A DNA stretch of 24,724 bases from a virus. Its lineage: Duplodnaviria; Caudoviricetes. Where the stretch lies: IMG/VR virus record IMGVR_UViG_3300025138_000331, positions 1 through 24,724 of that record. One strand, 5' to 3'. The notes beneath the pieces were generated by a model. It searched no databases. It worked only from the letters and a program-made list of their open reading frames with translations, and was not told the origin of the DNA. A program made the position numbers and the translations under genes. Shown here piece by piece: positions 7,571 through 14,521 of this stretch (position 1 is the stretch's first letter; each line of letters opens with the position of its first letter).

Positions 7571-7645
7571 GTATTTTTGTGGAAGTCTTTAATTTAACTT
7601 TTCATACCTTCTATTCTATTTTCTAGGGGGGTGTTAATATGTTTA

Positions 7646-8032
7646 TTAATCTCTTCCGTATTCGAAATTAACACCAAATTCTTCACCTATCCTTTGTAGA
7701 GCTTCTTCTGCTGCTTCTTTAATATCTTCAAATTCACCTACATGGTGGATGTTTCTAACTACTTGATATAAGTCATCAAATTGAGATTCTAGTATGTCTG
7801 TATCTTCTTTTAATGATCTATCACCCATTCTTCCTATTAAAGATGAAGATTTTGATTGGTCTTCTCTTTCTCTATCCATCATAGCCTTGATATCTTTAAT
7901 TTTATCTTTTTCTGGGTGATTTTCTAAACGTTCTGCTTCTTTAGCTTTTTCAAACTCCAGATCTTTGGGACGCATTTTATCTTCTATTAAAGTTCCTTTT
8001 TTTAGGAAGTCTTTATAATTAAATTCACTCAT
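7646..8032 (-). CDS. acidic protein, putative virion internal (head) protein
   Basis: N-terminus MSEFNYKDFLKKGTLIE resembles that of the neighbouring gene; internal LKE and ILE motifs. Function is inferred. Confidence 0.55.
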   Translation of the reverse strand: MSEFNYKDFLKKGTLIEDKMRPKDLEFEKAKEAERLENHPEKDKIKDIKAMMDREREDQSKSSSLIGRMGDRSLKEDTDILESQFDDLYQVVRNIHHVGEFEDIKEAAEEALQRIGEEFGVNFEYGRD

Positions 8033-8038
8033 TTTTAT

Positions 8039-9208
8039 TTATTTAATTGATTTGTATATTCTTGTTAATTTAGTTTCAAATGCAGGTGATGCTGATTCCC
8101 TTTCAATTGATTCATCTCCTATTGTTTCTGGATTACCTGAATCTGTAACATCAAGATCAAATGATTCTTCCTTTATTTTATGTTTTTGAATTAAATGTTT
8201 TAAATCAATTTTAAATTCAGTATCAGGATCTACTTTAATATCATCTTTATCTGTATCTTTAGGAGCTTTATATTCAAATTCTTCATCTTCAGTTAATTGT
8301 AATTGATCTTCAGAATATTCAAATGTTTCACCATCTGCATTTTTAACTCTATAAGCTTTTAAATCAGAAGCAAACATATCTCTAACATCAATTATTTCCA
8401 TATCATCACCACCAGATTTAAAAGTAACTTTATCTCCAATTTTAAATTCTTCATTCATATAATCAGATGTTTCTCTTCTACGTTTTGCGTAGTCCGTTTC
8501 AAATTCTTTTTCTGTCTCTCTATTCGCATAACTTAGCATCTCTTGCTTTTGGGCAATACTTAATTCCATCCAAGGTTTGTCATACTCATCTCTTGCAATC
8601 TTATCCCATTTTTCATCTACTTCATTTACTGATTCATACATTCTTAAATCATCAATATCTTTTTGAATTAATTCCCTTCTAGAATCAATATCATTAAGTC
8701 TAGAACCATAGTCATCTGCTATTTCCCCACCTTCAGGTTCTGCTTCTTGCTCCATATCTATCATTAGTTGAGCTCTTTCATCTTTTAGATCTTGAAGTTC
8801 ATTTTTTAAACCTATTTCAGCATCTAATTTATCCATAAAATTGGAACCATATTTTTTATCTAATGCTGCTTGTCTAGCCATTTCTTTTTCATCAGCCATT
8901 TTAGCTGCTCTTGCTTTCATTAAAACAGGATCATTCATGTCTTCATCTAATTCATCTTTAGGCTTATACTCATCATACATTTTATCTAAATCTGATTTGT
9001 ATGCTAAAGCTCTTGCAGGTACTTTTATTACATCTCTTTTACCTAGTATAGCAGAATCTTCTAATGGTCTAATGTAAATCATATTTCCATCACGACTCAT
9101 AATTATATGCTCTTCTCCATCGTATATTACAATGTCTTCATCATCATATTCATTTTCATTTAATAGCTTACCTTCAGCTAAATATTTTTTAAAATCGAAA
9201 TTATCCAT
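8039..9208 (-). CDS. large acidic modular protein, putative protease-processed virion internal protein with SH3-like modules
   Basis: MDNFDFKKYLAEGKLLNE leader; segments bounded by [LIVM]-x-E; FKIGDKVTFKSGG...YRVK...FEYSEDQL is SH3/YodC-like. Confidence 0.6.
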   Translation of the reverse strand: MDNFDFKKYLAEGKLLNENEYDDEDIVIYDGEEHIIMSRDGNMIYIRPLEDSAILGKRDVIKVPARALAYKSDLDKMYDEYKPKDELDEDMNDPVLMKARAAKMADEKEMARQAALDKKYGSNFMDKLDAEIGLKNELQDLKDERAQLMIDMEQEAEPEGGEIADDYGSRLNDIDSRRELIQKDIDDLRMYESVNEVDEKWDKIARDEYDKPWMELSIAQKQEMLSYANRETEKEFETDYAKRRRETSDYMNEEFKIGDKVTFKSGGDDMEIIDVRDMFASDLKAYRVKNADGETFEYSEDQLQLTEDEEFEYKAPKDTDKDDIKVDPDTEFKIDLKHLIQKHKIKEESFDLDVTDSGNPETIGDESIERESASPAFETKLTRIYKSIK

Positions 9209-9226
9209 TTTTATTATGTTTATTGT

Positions 9227-9235
9227 TATAAATAT
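9227..9235 (-). promoter_or_regulatory. candidate late-type promoter ATATTTATA
   Basis: Intergenic ATATTTATA 18 nt upstream of the 389-aa gene, which lacks the early repeat. Function is inferred. Confidence 0.45.
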
Positions 9236-9262
9236 ATAAGATTTGAGTTAGATAACTGGAAT

Positions 9263-9568
9263 TTAATTTTTATCTTGATAATTTAATTCGCTACTACCTC
9301 TAATTTTTTGTGAAATTTTCTTTCTAGCTTCAGTTACTTCAGATTCAACTATACCATTTCTGCCTTCTGCTAATACTCTTCGATTAGTTCCGTAAGCATA
9401 TAATGGGCCTTCATAGGTTTCTTCGTTGATACGTCTTTTACCATCCCATGATTTAAAATCGTTGCATGTTACTCGATGCCATCTTTTACATCCGACTAAA
9501 TATACTTCTAGGTTAGCGCTGGTGTTAAATAAATATTCTGGTTTATCTGTTAATCCTGTCTTTTCCAT
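9263..9568 (-). CDS. phage hypothetical protein (WHRVT...F.SWDG.RR)
   Basis: ORF track. Confidence 0.75.
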   Translation of the reverse strand: MEKTGLTDKPEYLFNTSANLEVYLVGCKRWHRVTCNDFKSWDGKRRINEETYEGPLYAYGTNRRVLAEGRNGIVESEVTEARKKISQKIRGSSELNYQDKN

Positions 9569-9713
9569 TATTTTTTATATTTAATGTGTCATTAGTATTA
9601 ATTTCTAGCAATATTTGTTGCTTTTTCTTAGGTCTTTCATTTTTATGATAATCAATTAATGAACCTAGTATAGGTACAACAGCAAGTAAAAACCAAACTA
9701 ATGCGGTTCTCAT
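9543..9713 (-). CDS. small membrane-anchored protein (56 aa, MRTALVWFLLAVVPILGSLI...)
   Basis: Manual translation; ATGA-coupled to the lipoprotein stop. Confidence 0.55.
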   Translation of the reverse strand: MRTALVWFLLAVVPILGSLIDYHKNERPKKKQQILLEINTNDTLNIKNNGKDRINR

Positions 9714-10369
9714 ATTACTATAACTTTTATTTGATTAGTAACGGTTTCACTTTCACCTATATCTGTATTAAATTCAGTTTCTATAAATATATTTATGGTA
9801 TCTCCAATCATTTCATTATCAAGTAAAATGTTTTGTGTTGGTTTATAGTTATATTTTGAATAAGATCCTAGTAAAGATTCAGTATAGGGGCAATCAACAC
9901 ACAAGTTTTTTGGATATTGATATCCTACTACATTTAATGGAGAATGTTGGTTTAAAATATTGCCAATTGTATAAGTATAATTATCAAAAGTAATTGGTGT
10001 ATTGAATGTTGCATCATTAAACCAACCTAGATAAGAATACATTGGGGTTTGGAATTGGATTGAATCAGTAAGTATCCAATAATCTGAATCATATTTAACT
10101 TCAACTAATGGAACCCCATTTATTACATATTCATCATTTAATTCTGATAGTTGTCCTTTAATTTGGAAATAATTTAATCCATCCCATTTAATTTCATAAT
10201 ATCCATTTATACTTTGGAGTGGTAACCCCTGATAGACAACTTCAAATTCTGTATCACAATTGCCATTACACGCAGTGGCATAAATTGTTTGTTTTGTACA
10301 TGATGGATGTAGACATAATACTATTACTAATACTATTAATGCTAATATTGTTTTTTTAAAATCTTTCAT
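9710..10369 (-). CDS. putative lipoprotein (219 aa)
   Basis: MKDFKK plus a hydrophobic core ending ...HPS-C, a Bacteroidota-style lipoprotein signal; beta-rich body with Cys pairs. Confidence 0.7.
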   Translation of the reverse strand: MKDFKKTILALIVLVIVLCLHPSCTKQTIYATACNGNCDTEFEVVYQGLPLQSINGYYEIKWDGLNYFQIKGQLSELNDEYVINGVPLVEVKYDSDYWILTDSIQFQTPMYSYLGWFNDATFNTPITFDNYTYTIGNILNQHSPLNVVGYQYPKNLCVDCPYTESLLGSYSKYNYKPTQNILLDNEMIGDTINIFIETEFNTDIGESETVTNQIKVIVI

Positions 10370-10395
10370 AACCTTTATTTTTTTAACTTACGATG

Positions 10396-10426
10396 TAAAT
10401 ATACGAACAATATTTCAGGTAACCAA
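10396..10426 (-). promoter_or_regulatory. early promoter, copy G
   Basis: TTG-GTTACCTGAAATATTGTTCG-TATATTTA; 10367-10408 is identical over 42 bp to 12412-12453. Confidence 0.85.
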
Positions 10427-10430
10427 ATAT

Positions 10431-10640
10431 TTACGCAATTTCCTCAAACTCAATGGTGGGAACTGAATTAACAAATAAATAGTGGGTATTATCTTGTAAT
10501 ACATGATCGCAATTAATCCAATCCCTATATTTTTTTACCCAATCCATATCAAGAAAACGGTCTTTCTTAAATTTTCTTTTTAAGACCCATAATTCATCTC
10601 CATGATTTATAAACTTTATTTCCATAATACTTGGATGCAA
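10431..10640 (-). CDS. hypothetical protein (probably starts at MEIKF)
   Basis: ORF track; its last codons (IA*) are supplied by the repeat. Confidence 0.7.
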   Translation of the reverse strand: MHPSIMEIKFINHGDELWVLKRKFKKDRFLDMDWVKKYRDWINCDHVLQDNTHYLFVNSVPTIEFEEIA

Positions 10641-10954
10641 ATTAATATTAATGCTAGTGATAATGATATAAATGTTTTAGTAGTAATGCCTTCGCTAAAA
10701 AAATGATTGACTAGTAAGGCATAAACCACCATTCCAATCCCAAATCCAACAAATCTTGCAGGCCATAATAAGCCATCTAGACCAAGTACTGTATATTTAG
10801 TAGCCCATATAAAAAAATAAGAACATGGTATCCCTATTACAGCCATTATCCATTCATGTTCTTTAGCCCAATCCCACTTAAACTGGCTATTTAATTGAAA
10901 CCAGGCTAAAATATGACCTGCCATCATAAACAATATCCCGTATACTAAATTCAT
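10616..10954 (-). CDS. small 4-TM membrane protein (SMR/DMT-like size and topology)
   Basis: Four hydrophobic segments in 112 aa; ...FFSEGITTK...LAL resembles DMT-superfamily C-termini. Confidence 0.65.
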   Translation of the reverse strand: MNLVYGILFMMAGHILAWFQLNSQFKWDWAKEHEWIMAVIGIPCSYFFIWATKYTVLGLDGLLWPARFVGFGIGMVVYALLVNHFFSEGITTKTFISLSLALILICIQVLWK

Positions 10955-11145
10955 TTAAATAAATCTTTTAAATTTTTAATAAATAGCATAATTGTAATAG
11001 GCCATAAAGTTATATTAAATACTCTATCAAACCAATCAAAATTAGTTGATTTTTCATCTTCTACAAATTCTTTAGCTTGTGTTAAAAATTCTACCAAAAA
11101 TGTAATAGTAAAACCTATTGTAAAATATATTAAAATGTAATTCAT
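10951..11145 (-). CDS. small 2-TM membrane protein
   Basis: Hydrophobic N-terminus and a ...LWPITIMLF segment. Confidence 0.7.
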   Translation of the reverse strand: MNYILIYFTIGFTITFLVEFLTQAKEFVEDEKSTNFDWFDRVFNITLWPITIMLFIKNLKDLFK

Positions 11146-11264
11146 AATGTATGTTTTATTTCTTCAATTAATACTTCCAATACTTCTTTAGCTAAAGATG
11201 GATACTTATCTTCTAATAATAAATCAATTTGAATTAACTTATCATATAATTCTTGAGGATTCAT
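11142..11264 (-). CDS. small hypothetical protein (40 aa, MNPQELYDKLIQIDLLLE...)
   Basis: Manual translation; ATGA overlaps at both ends. Confidence 0.6.
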   Translation of the reverse strand: MNPQELYDKLIQIDLLLEDKYPSLAKEVLEVLIEEIKHTL

Positions 11265-11647
11265 ATTGCTAAATTTAAGTTATTTAATTCTTCTAATGTA
11301 GGTTCTCTATCCTCCATTTCAAATTCATCTTCATCTTTATAAAAAGAATCTTCAACTTCATCCTCTTTTTCTAATTTCCAAGCTATATCTTGAAGTAAAC
11401 CAGCGTTTTCAATTAATGACCAAATTCTTTCTTTCCATAAATCTAAAGAAACATCTTCTATAATGTAATCCCAACCAAATTTACGAGTTAATACTCCTAA
11501 CATTTCAACAAATTCCATTGACATATTATCTAATTCTCCCTTAATAGGGAAATTAGTTCCATATTTATCTGAACCATTAGTATTTGCTTTATAAATTCCT
11601 TTAATTTTTATCCATTTTGGGGTAACATACGATTTTTGCATCTTCAT
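11261..11647 (-). CDS. hypothetical protein with acidic C-terminus
   Basis: Track ORF with start moved to MKMQKS (AAAATAAAAGTTATG motif). Confidence 0.75.
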   Translation of the reverse strand: MKMQKSYVTPKWIKIKGIYKANTNGSDKYGTNFPIKGELDNMSMEFVEMLGVLTRKFGWDYIIEDVSLDLWKERIWSLIENAGLLQDIAWKLEKEDEVEDSFYKDEDEFEMEDREPTLEELNNLNLAI

Positions 11648-11673
11648 AACTTTTATTTTTTGTTTTTGTTTAT

Positions 11674-12057
11674 TTAAAATTTGTACCAATCTTCTTCTTT
11701 TTTTATTGCTTCTAATTCAAATGGGTGATTATCATATTCATACCCTTCTTCATCATATAATCTCTTCATTTCATCTCCATCTTGAAGGTAATGAGTGTAT
11801 TCATGTATTAGTGTTTGAATAACCCATTTTTCATTTATTGCTTCTGGGTAATAAATCCAGATTGTATTTGTTTCACGCTCAAAATCAGCTGCAGGCATAA
11901 AATCACCTTCAGCTTCATTTATTCCTGTAATACGAGCCCAAATACTATGATGATAATCTACTTTAGGTGTTTCACCATTAAATTTAGATTTACCATAATA
12001 TTCTTTTATTAATGGATAAACCTCATTTACTATATTTTCAACTTCTTGCTTATACAT
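11674..12057 (-). CDS. zinc metallopeptidase-like protein (HExxH)
   Basis: TLIHEYTHYLQ plus downstream HPFELEA as the third ligand. Confidence 0.8.
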   Translation of the reverse strand: MYKQEVENIVNEVYPLIKEYYGKSKFNGETPKVDYHHSIWARITGINEAEGDFMPAADFERETNTIWIYYPEAINEKWVIQTLIHEYTHYLQDGDEMKRLYDEEGYEYDNHPFELEAIKKEEDWYKF

Positions 12058-12188
12058 TACGCTATATTTAAAATTATAAATTTAAAACCTAACCATGCTA
12101 CATAAAGCATTGCTACTAATAATATAGAATCTCTAATTGCTCTAAATTCAATTATATTATTGTTGATATATTCTAACATTTTTTTCAT
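12057..12188 (-). CDS. small membrane protein (43 aa)
   Basis: Manual translation; first gene after promoter H, TAATG-coupled to the peptidase. Confidence 0.65.
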   Translation of the reverse strand: MKKMLEYINNNIIEFRAIRDSILLVAMLYVAWLGFKFIILNIA

Positions 12189-12214
12189 AACCTTTATTTT
12201 TTTAACTTACTCGG

Positions 12215-12245
12215 TAAATATACGAACCCTATTTCAGGTAGCCAA
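12215..12245 (-). promoter_or_regulatory. early promoter, copy H
   Basis: TTG-GCTACCTGAAATAGGGTTCG-TATATTTA. Confidence 0.85.
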
Positions 12246-12249
12246 ATAT

Positions 12250-12414
12250 TTACGCAATTACTTTAAATGTTTTTTTAATACAATCATCAATATGAACTGT
12301 AGTGGTTGCTTTATTAGCACCCTGAATTAAAACATTATTACCTTGAATTCTTTTAACTTTAAATGTATCAGTTCCAAACTGAAAAACACTTACTAAATCA
12401 TTTATTTTTATCAT
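12250..12414 (-). CDS. small SH3-like protein (54 aa, MIKINDLVSVFQFGTDTFKVKRIQGNNVLI...), repeat-flanked cassette gene
   Basis: Manual translation; fills the interval between repeat copies H and I. Confidence 0.7.
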   Translation of the reverse strand: MIKINDLVSVFQFGTDTFKVKRIQGNNVLIQGANKATTTVHIDDCIKKTFKVIA

Positions 12415-12440
12415 AACCTTTATTTTTTTAACTTACGATG

Positions 12441-12471
12441 TAAATATACGAACCCTATTTCGCTCCTCCAA
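12441..12471 (-). promoter_or_regulatory. early promoter, copy I
   Basis: TTG-GAGGAGCGAAATAGGGTTCG-TATATTTA. Confidence 0.85.
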
Positions 12472-12880
12472 ATATTTTGTGCTTTTTCTTGTAAGTTTCT
12501 ATAAAACTTGCACCTACCCCCACATCTAATATTTCTGCCTTTTCAGGTACACCTGGTAATTTATCAGCTGTTAATATGTAGTCAATATTTTCATTTTTCC
12601 ATATTTTCATTTTTATTTTAGCATTTGAACGATTAGATGTTTTAAATACCATTACTACAGGTTGCTTAGCATATGCCTTACCTTTTTCAGCTTTGATTTT
12701 TGGTGCTTTCCAACCTTTTGGAGGTGTATTATCTACTTTCCAAGCCCCAAATTGGTTTTTGCTTTTATCATAATGCCATTTTGAAGTCCATCCTAATTCT
12801 GGTTTAGTTGGAACTTCATGATGTATTTCAACCCATTTTTCTCTTACTTCAATATTTTCTTTTGGTCTACCTCTTTCCAT
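12455..12880 (-). CDS. basic hypothetical protein with N-terminal RGRP (AT-hook-like) motif
   Basis: Track ORF with start moved to MERGRPKE. Confidence 0.7.
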   Translation of the reverse strand: MERGRPKENIEVREKWVEIHHEVPTKPELGWTSKWHYDKSKNQFGAWKVDNTPPKGWKAPKIKAEKGKAYAKQPVVMVFKTSNRSNAKIKMKIWKNENIDYILTADKLPGVPEKAEILDVGVGASFIETYKKKHKIFGGAK

Positions 12881-13244
12881 TTTTATATTTGTTATTTTTA
12901 TAATCTCCATCTTTATGGGATTTTATTGCATGACACGTTTTACAAAGTAATTGATAATTATCGGGGTGTTCTCCTTCTTGTGTACCTTTTAATTTTGAAT
13001 TTATATGGTCAACATCCATTACTGAGCTTAAAATATTAACATCAATATCAGGATATTTTTCAATATAATTATCTTCACAATGTTCACATTCTAATTTACC
13101 CATTGCTATTCGTTCTGCTTTATAAAATAACCAAGGCCTGCTATTAGCATTTCCTGCTCTTTTATAATGTAATGAGCAGTAAGTTTTTGGTTTCCCATTT
13201 AAATAAAACCTATCGTTTTTATTACACCAACTTACTTTACACAT
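12867..13244 (-). CDS. HNH endonuclease
   Basis: CEHC...DVDHI...N YQLLCKTCHAIKS with HNH residues intact; extra N-terminal C-x4-C...C-x2-H Zn knuckle. Confidence 0.85.
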   Translation of the reverse strand: MCKVSWCNKNDRFYLNGKPKTYCSLHYKRAGNANSRPWLFYKAERIAMGKLECEHCEDNYIEKYPDIDVNILSSVMDVDHINSKLKGTQEGEHPDNYQLLCKTCHAIKSHKDGDYKNNKYKNGKR

Positions 13245-13353
13245 CTTTTACCTTTTTTGGTTCCTTTATTTTTTGTTTTTATATTATTCATCTCATTATA
13301 GACTTCCCAATATAAAGACGATTGTTCTTCACAATAATATCTACCTTTTCTTT

Positions 13354-13797
13354 TCACTTTTTAACTTTTAATTCCATTGCTTTGATATGCTTACATCTTC
13401 TATCTTTTGCTCTCCATGTACCAGGACAATCACAATATATCTTACCTGAATCTGGGAAATATCTAGTTATATATTCAACATCACTTGAGCTACTCATACT
13501 AGTTTCTATAATTGGGTCCTTTCGTTTTACAACTTTTGGTTTGATATTTTTAATATCATCTAATGTTGTTTCAGGATGTACCTTTTCCATTGATGGTAAT
13601 ATAAATTTATCACCATTAGCATCTGTATACAATGAAGCACTTAAATATGTGTGTTTCATTTCATAGTAAAATCTTTGTACATTTACAAATTTACCATAAC
13701 CAGATGGATTAAATGAAAATTGTGAGGTAGGACTATGAACTATTCTAGTTCTTAGATTACCATGCTTGTTTAAATTTTGAAATTTGAATAATGCCAT
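13354..13797 (-). CDS. SWIM zinc-finger protein
   Basis: C-terminal YCDCPG...RRCKHI matches CxC-xn-CxH. Confidence 0.8.
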   Translation of the reverse strand: MALFKFQNLNKHGNLRTRIVHSPTSQFSFNPSGYGKFVNVQRFYYEMKHTYLSASLYTDANGDKFILPSMEKVHPETTLDDIKNIKPKVVKRKDPIIETSMSSSSDVEYITRYFPDSGKIYCDCPGTWRAKDRRCKHIKAMELKVKK

Positions 13798-13800
13798 TAT

Positions 13801-14025
13801 TTATCTAGTATGGTTTTTATTTTTTCTAGATGAAAATTGCTTACCTCTTGATGTATTTCTACCATCTGCACCTTCTAATTCCATTTCTTGGAATGTTTGA
13901 ATTGTTAAATCTTGAAGACCATACCCAGCTGCTTTAACTGCTTTAATTAAATTTGCAGGAGTTGCATAATTACCTGGTAATAGTGATTTACTTGTTTTTT
14001 TGGATTTTGCTATATATCTAATCAT
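13801..14025 (-). CDS. basic hypothetical protein (74 aa)
   Basis: ORF track; AAAATAAAGGTTATG start. Confidence 0.75.
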   Translation of the reverse strand: MIRYIAKSKKTSKSLLPGNYATPANLIKAVKAAGYGLQDLTIQTFQEMELEGADGRNTSRGKQFSSRKNKNHTR

Positions 14026-14046
14026 AACCTTTATTTTTTAATTATA

Positions 14047-14091
14047 AGAGCTAATTTATTTTAAATTACGCCAACTCTATTAAGGCAATTT
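14047..14091 (-). other. candidate H-type RNA pseudoknot in a long 5' leader
   Basis: Stem 1 AAATT-GCC/GGC-(GT)-AATTT, stem 2 AGAGTT/AGCTCT, A-rich loop 3 AAAATAAATT; manual pairing only. Confidence 0.3.
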
Positions 14092-14148
14092 CTTATTATT
14101 CTCATAAGTGAGGTTATTTCACAACTTGTGCTACTCATAACTACGTGG

Positions 14149-14179
14149 TAAATATACGAAAGCTCCCTGCGGGAGCCAA
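14149..14179 (-). promoter_or_regulatory. early promoter, copy J, with a hairpin-forming spacer
   Basis: TTG-GCTCCCGCAGGGAGCTTTCG-TATATTTA; GCTCCC/GGGAGC stem at 14162-14176. Confidence 0.8.
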
Positions 14180-14197
14180 GCGTATATGCAGAAGTCT

Positions 14198-14314
14198 TTA
14201 TTTTCTTTTACCAAATTTTGGGTTCTGTTTAACAGGTTTTCTAAAACTTTTTATAAACCAATCTCTCCAAATATCAATTTGTCTAGTATTTTGTCTAGGT
14301 GAATTTTTACTCAT
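14198..14314 (-). CDS. small basic protein (38 aa, MSKNSPRQNTRQIDIWRDWF...)
   Basis: Manual translation; AAAGTTATG start motif. Confidence 0.6.
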   Translation of the reverse strand: MSKNSPRQNTRQIDIWRDWFIKSFRKPVKQNPKFGKRK

Positions 14315-14335
14315 AACTTTATTTTTTATTTTTGA

Positions 14336-14521
14336 TTAATAACTACGATGGTGAGTATGTCCTACTACTTTCCATACTCTTCTTTTTGTTGGTTTGTCAC
14401 TATAACTTTGGTGTGGTTGGGTATAATTTAATTTTTTAACTATTCTGTTGCACTTCCATCTCTTATATTGTGTACATGAATGTAATGAAAATATTAATAT
14501 AACCCAAATTAATTTTTTCAT
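14336..14521 (-). CDS. small basic putative lipoprotein (61 aa)
   Basis: MKKLIWVILIFSLHS-C lipoprotein-like signal. Confidence 0.6.
   Translation of the reverse strand: MKKLIWVILIFSLHSCTQYKRWKCNRIVKKLNYTQPHQSYSDKPTKRRVWKVVGHTHHRSY

Noticed and set aside
9782-9795. TATAAATA/TATTTAT motifs at 9782 and 3061
   Set aside because: Both lie inside coding sequence of AT-rich genes and are not positioned before a start; expected by chance.
13305-13340. An eleventh copy of the early promoter upstream of the HNH gene
   Set aside because: TTG to TATATT spacing is 17 rather than 20 and the TTCG is missing; at most a weak unrelated promoter.
768-14200. The repeats as a CRISPR array or attC integron array
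   Set aside because: Spacing is irregular (226 bp to about 3 kb), the intervals are whole genes, most copies are not palindromic, and no cas or integrase gene is in the window. Fixed TTG-N20-TATATT geometry indicates promoters.
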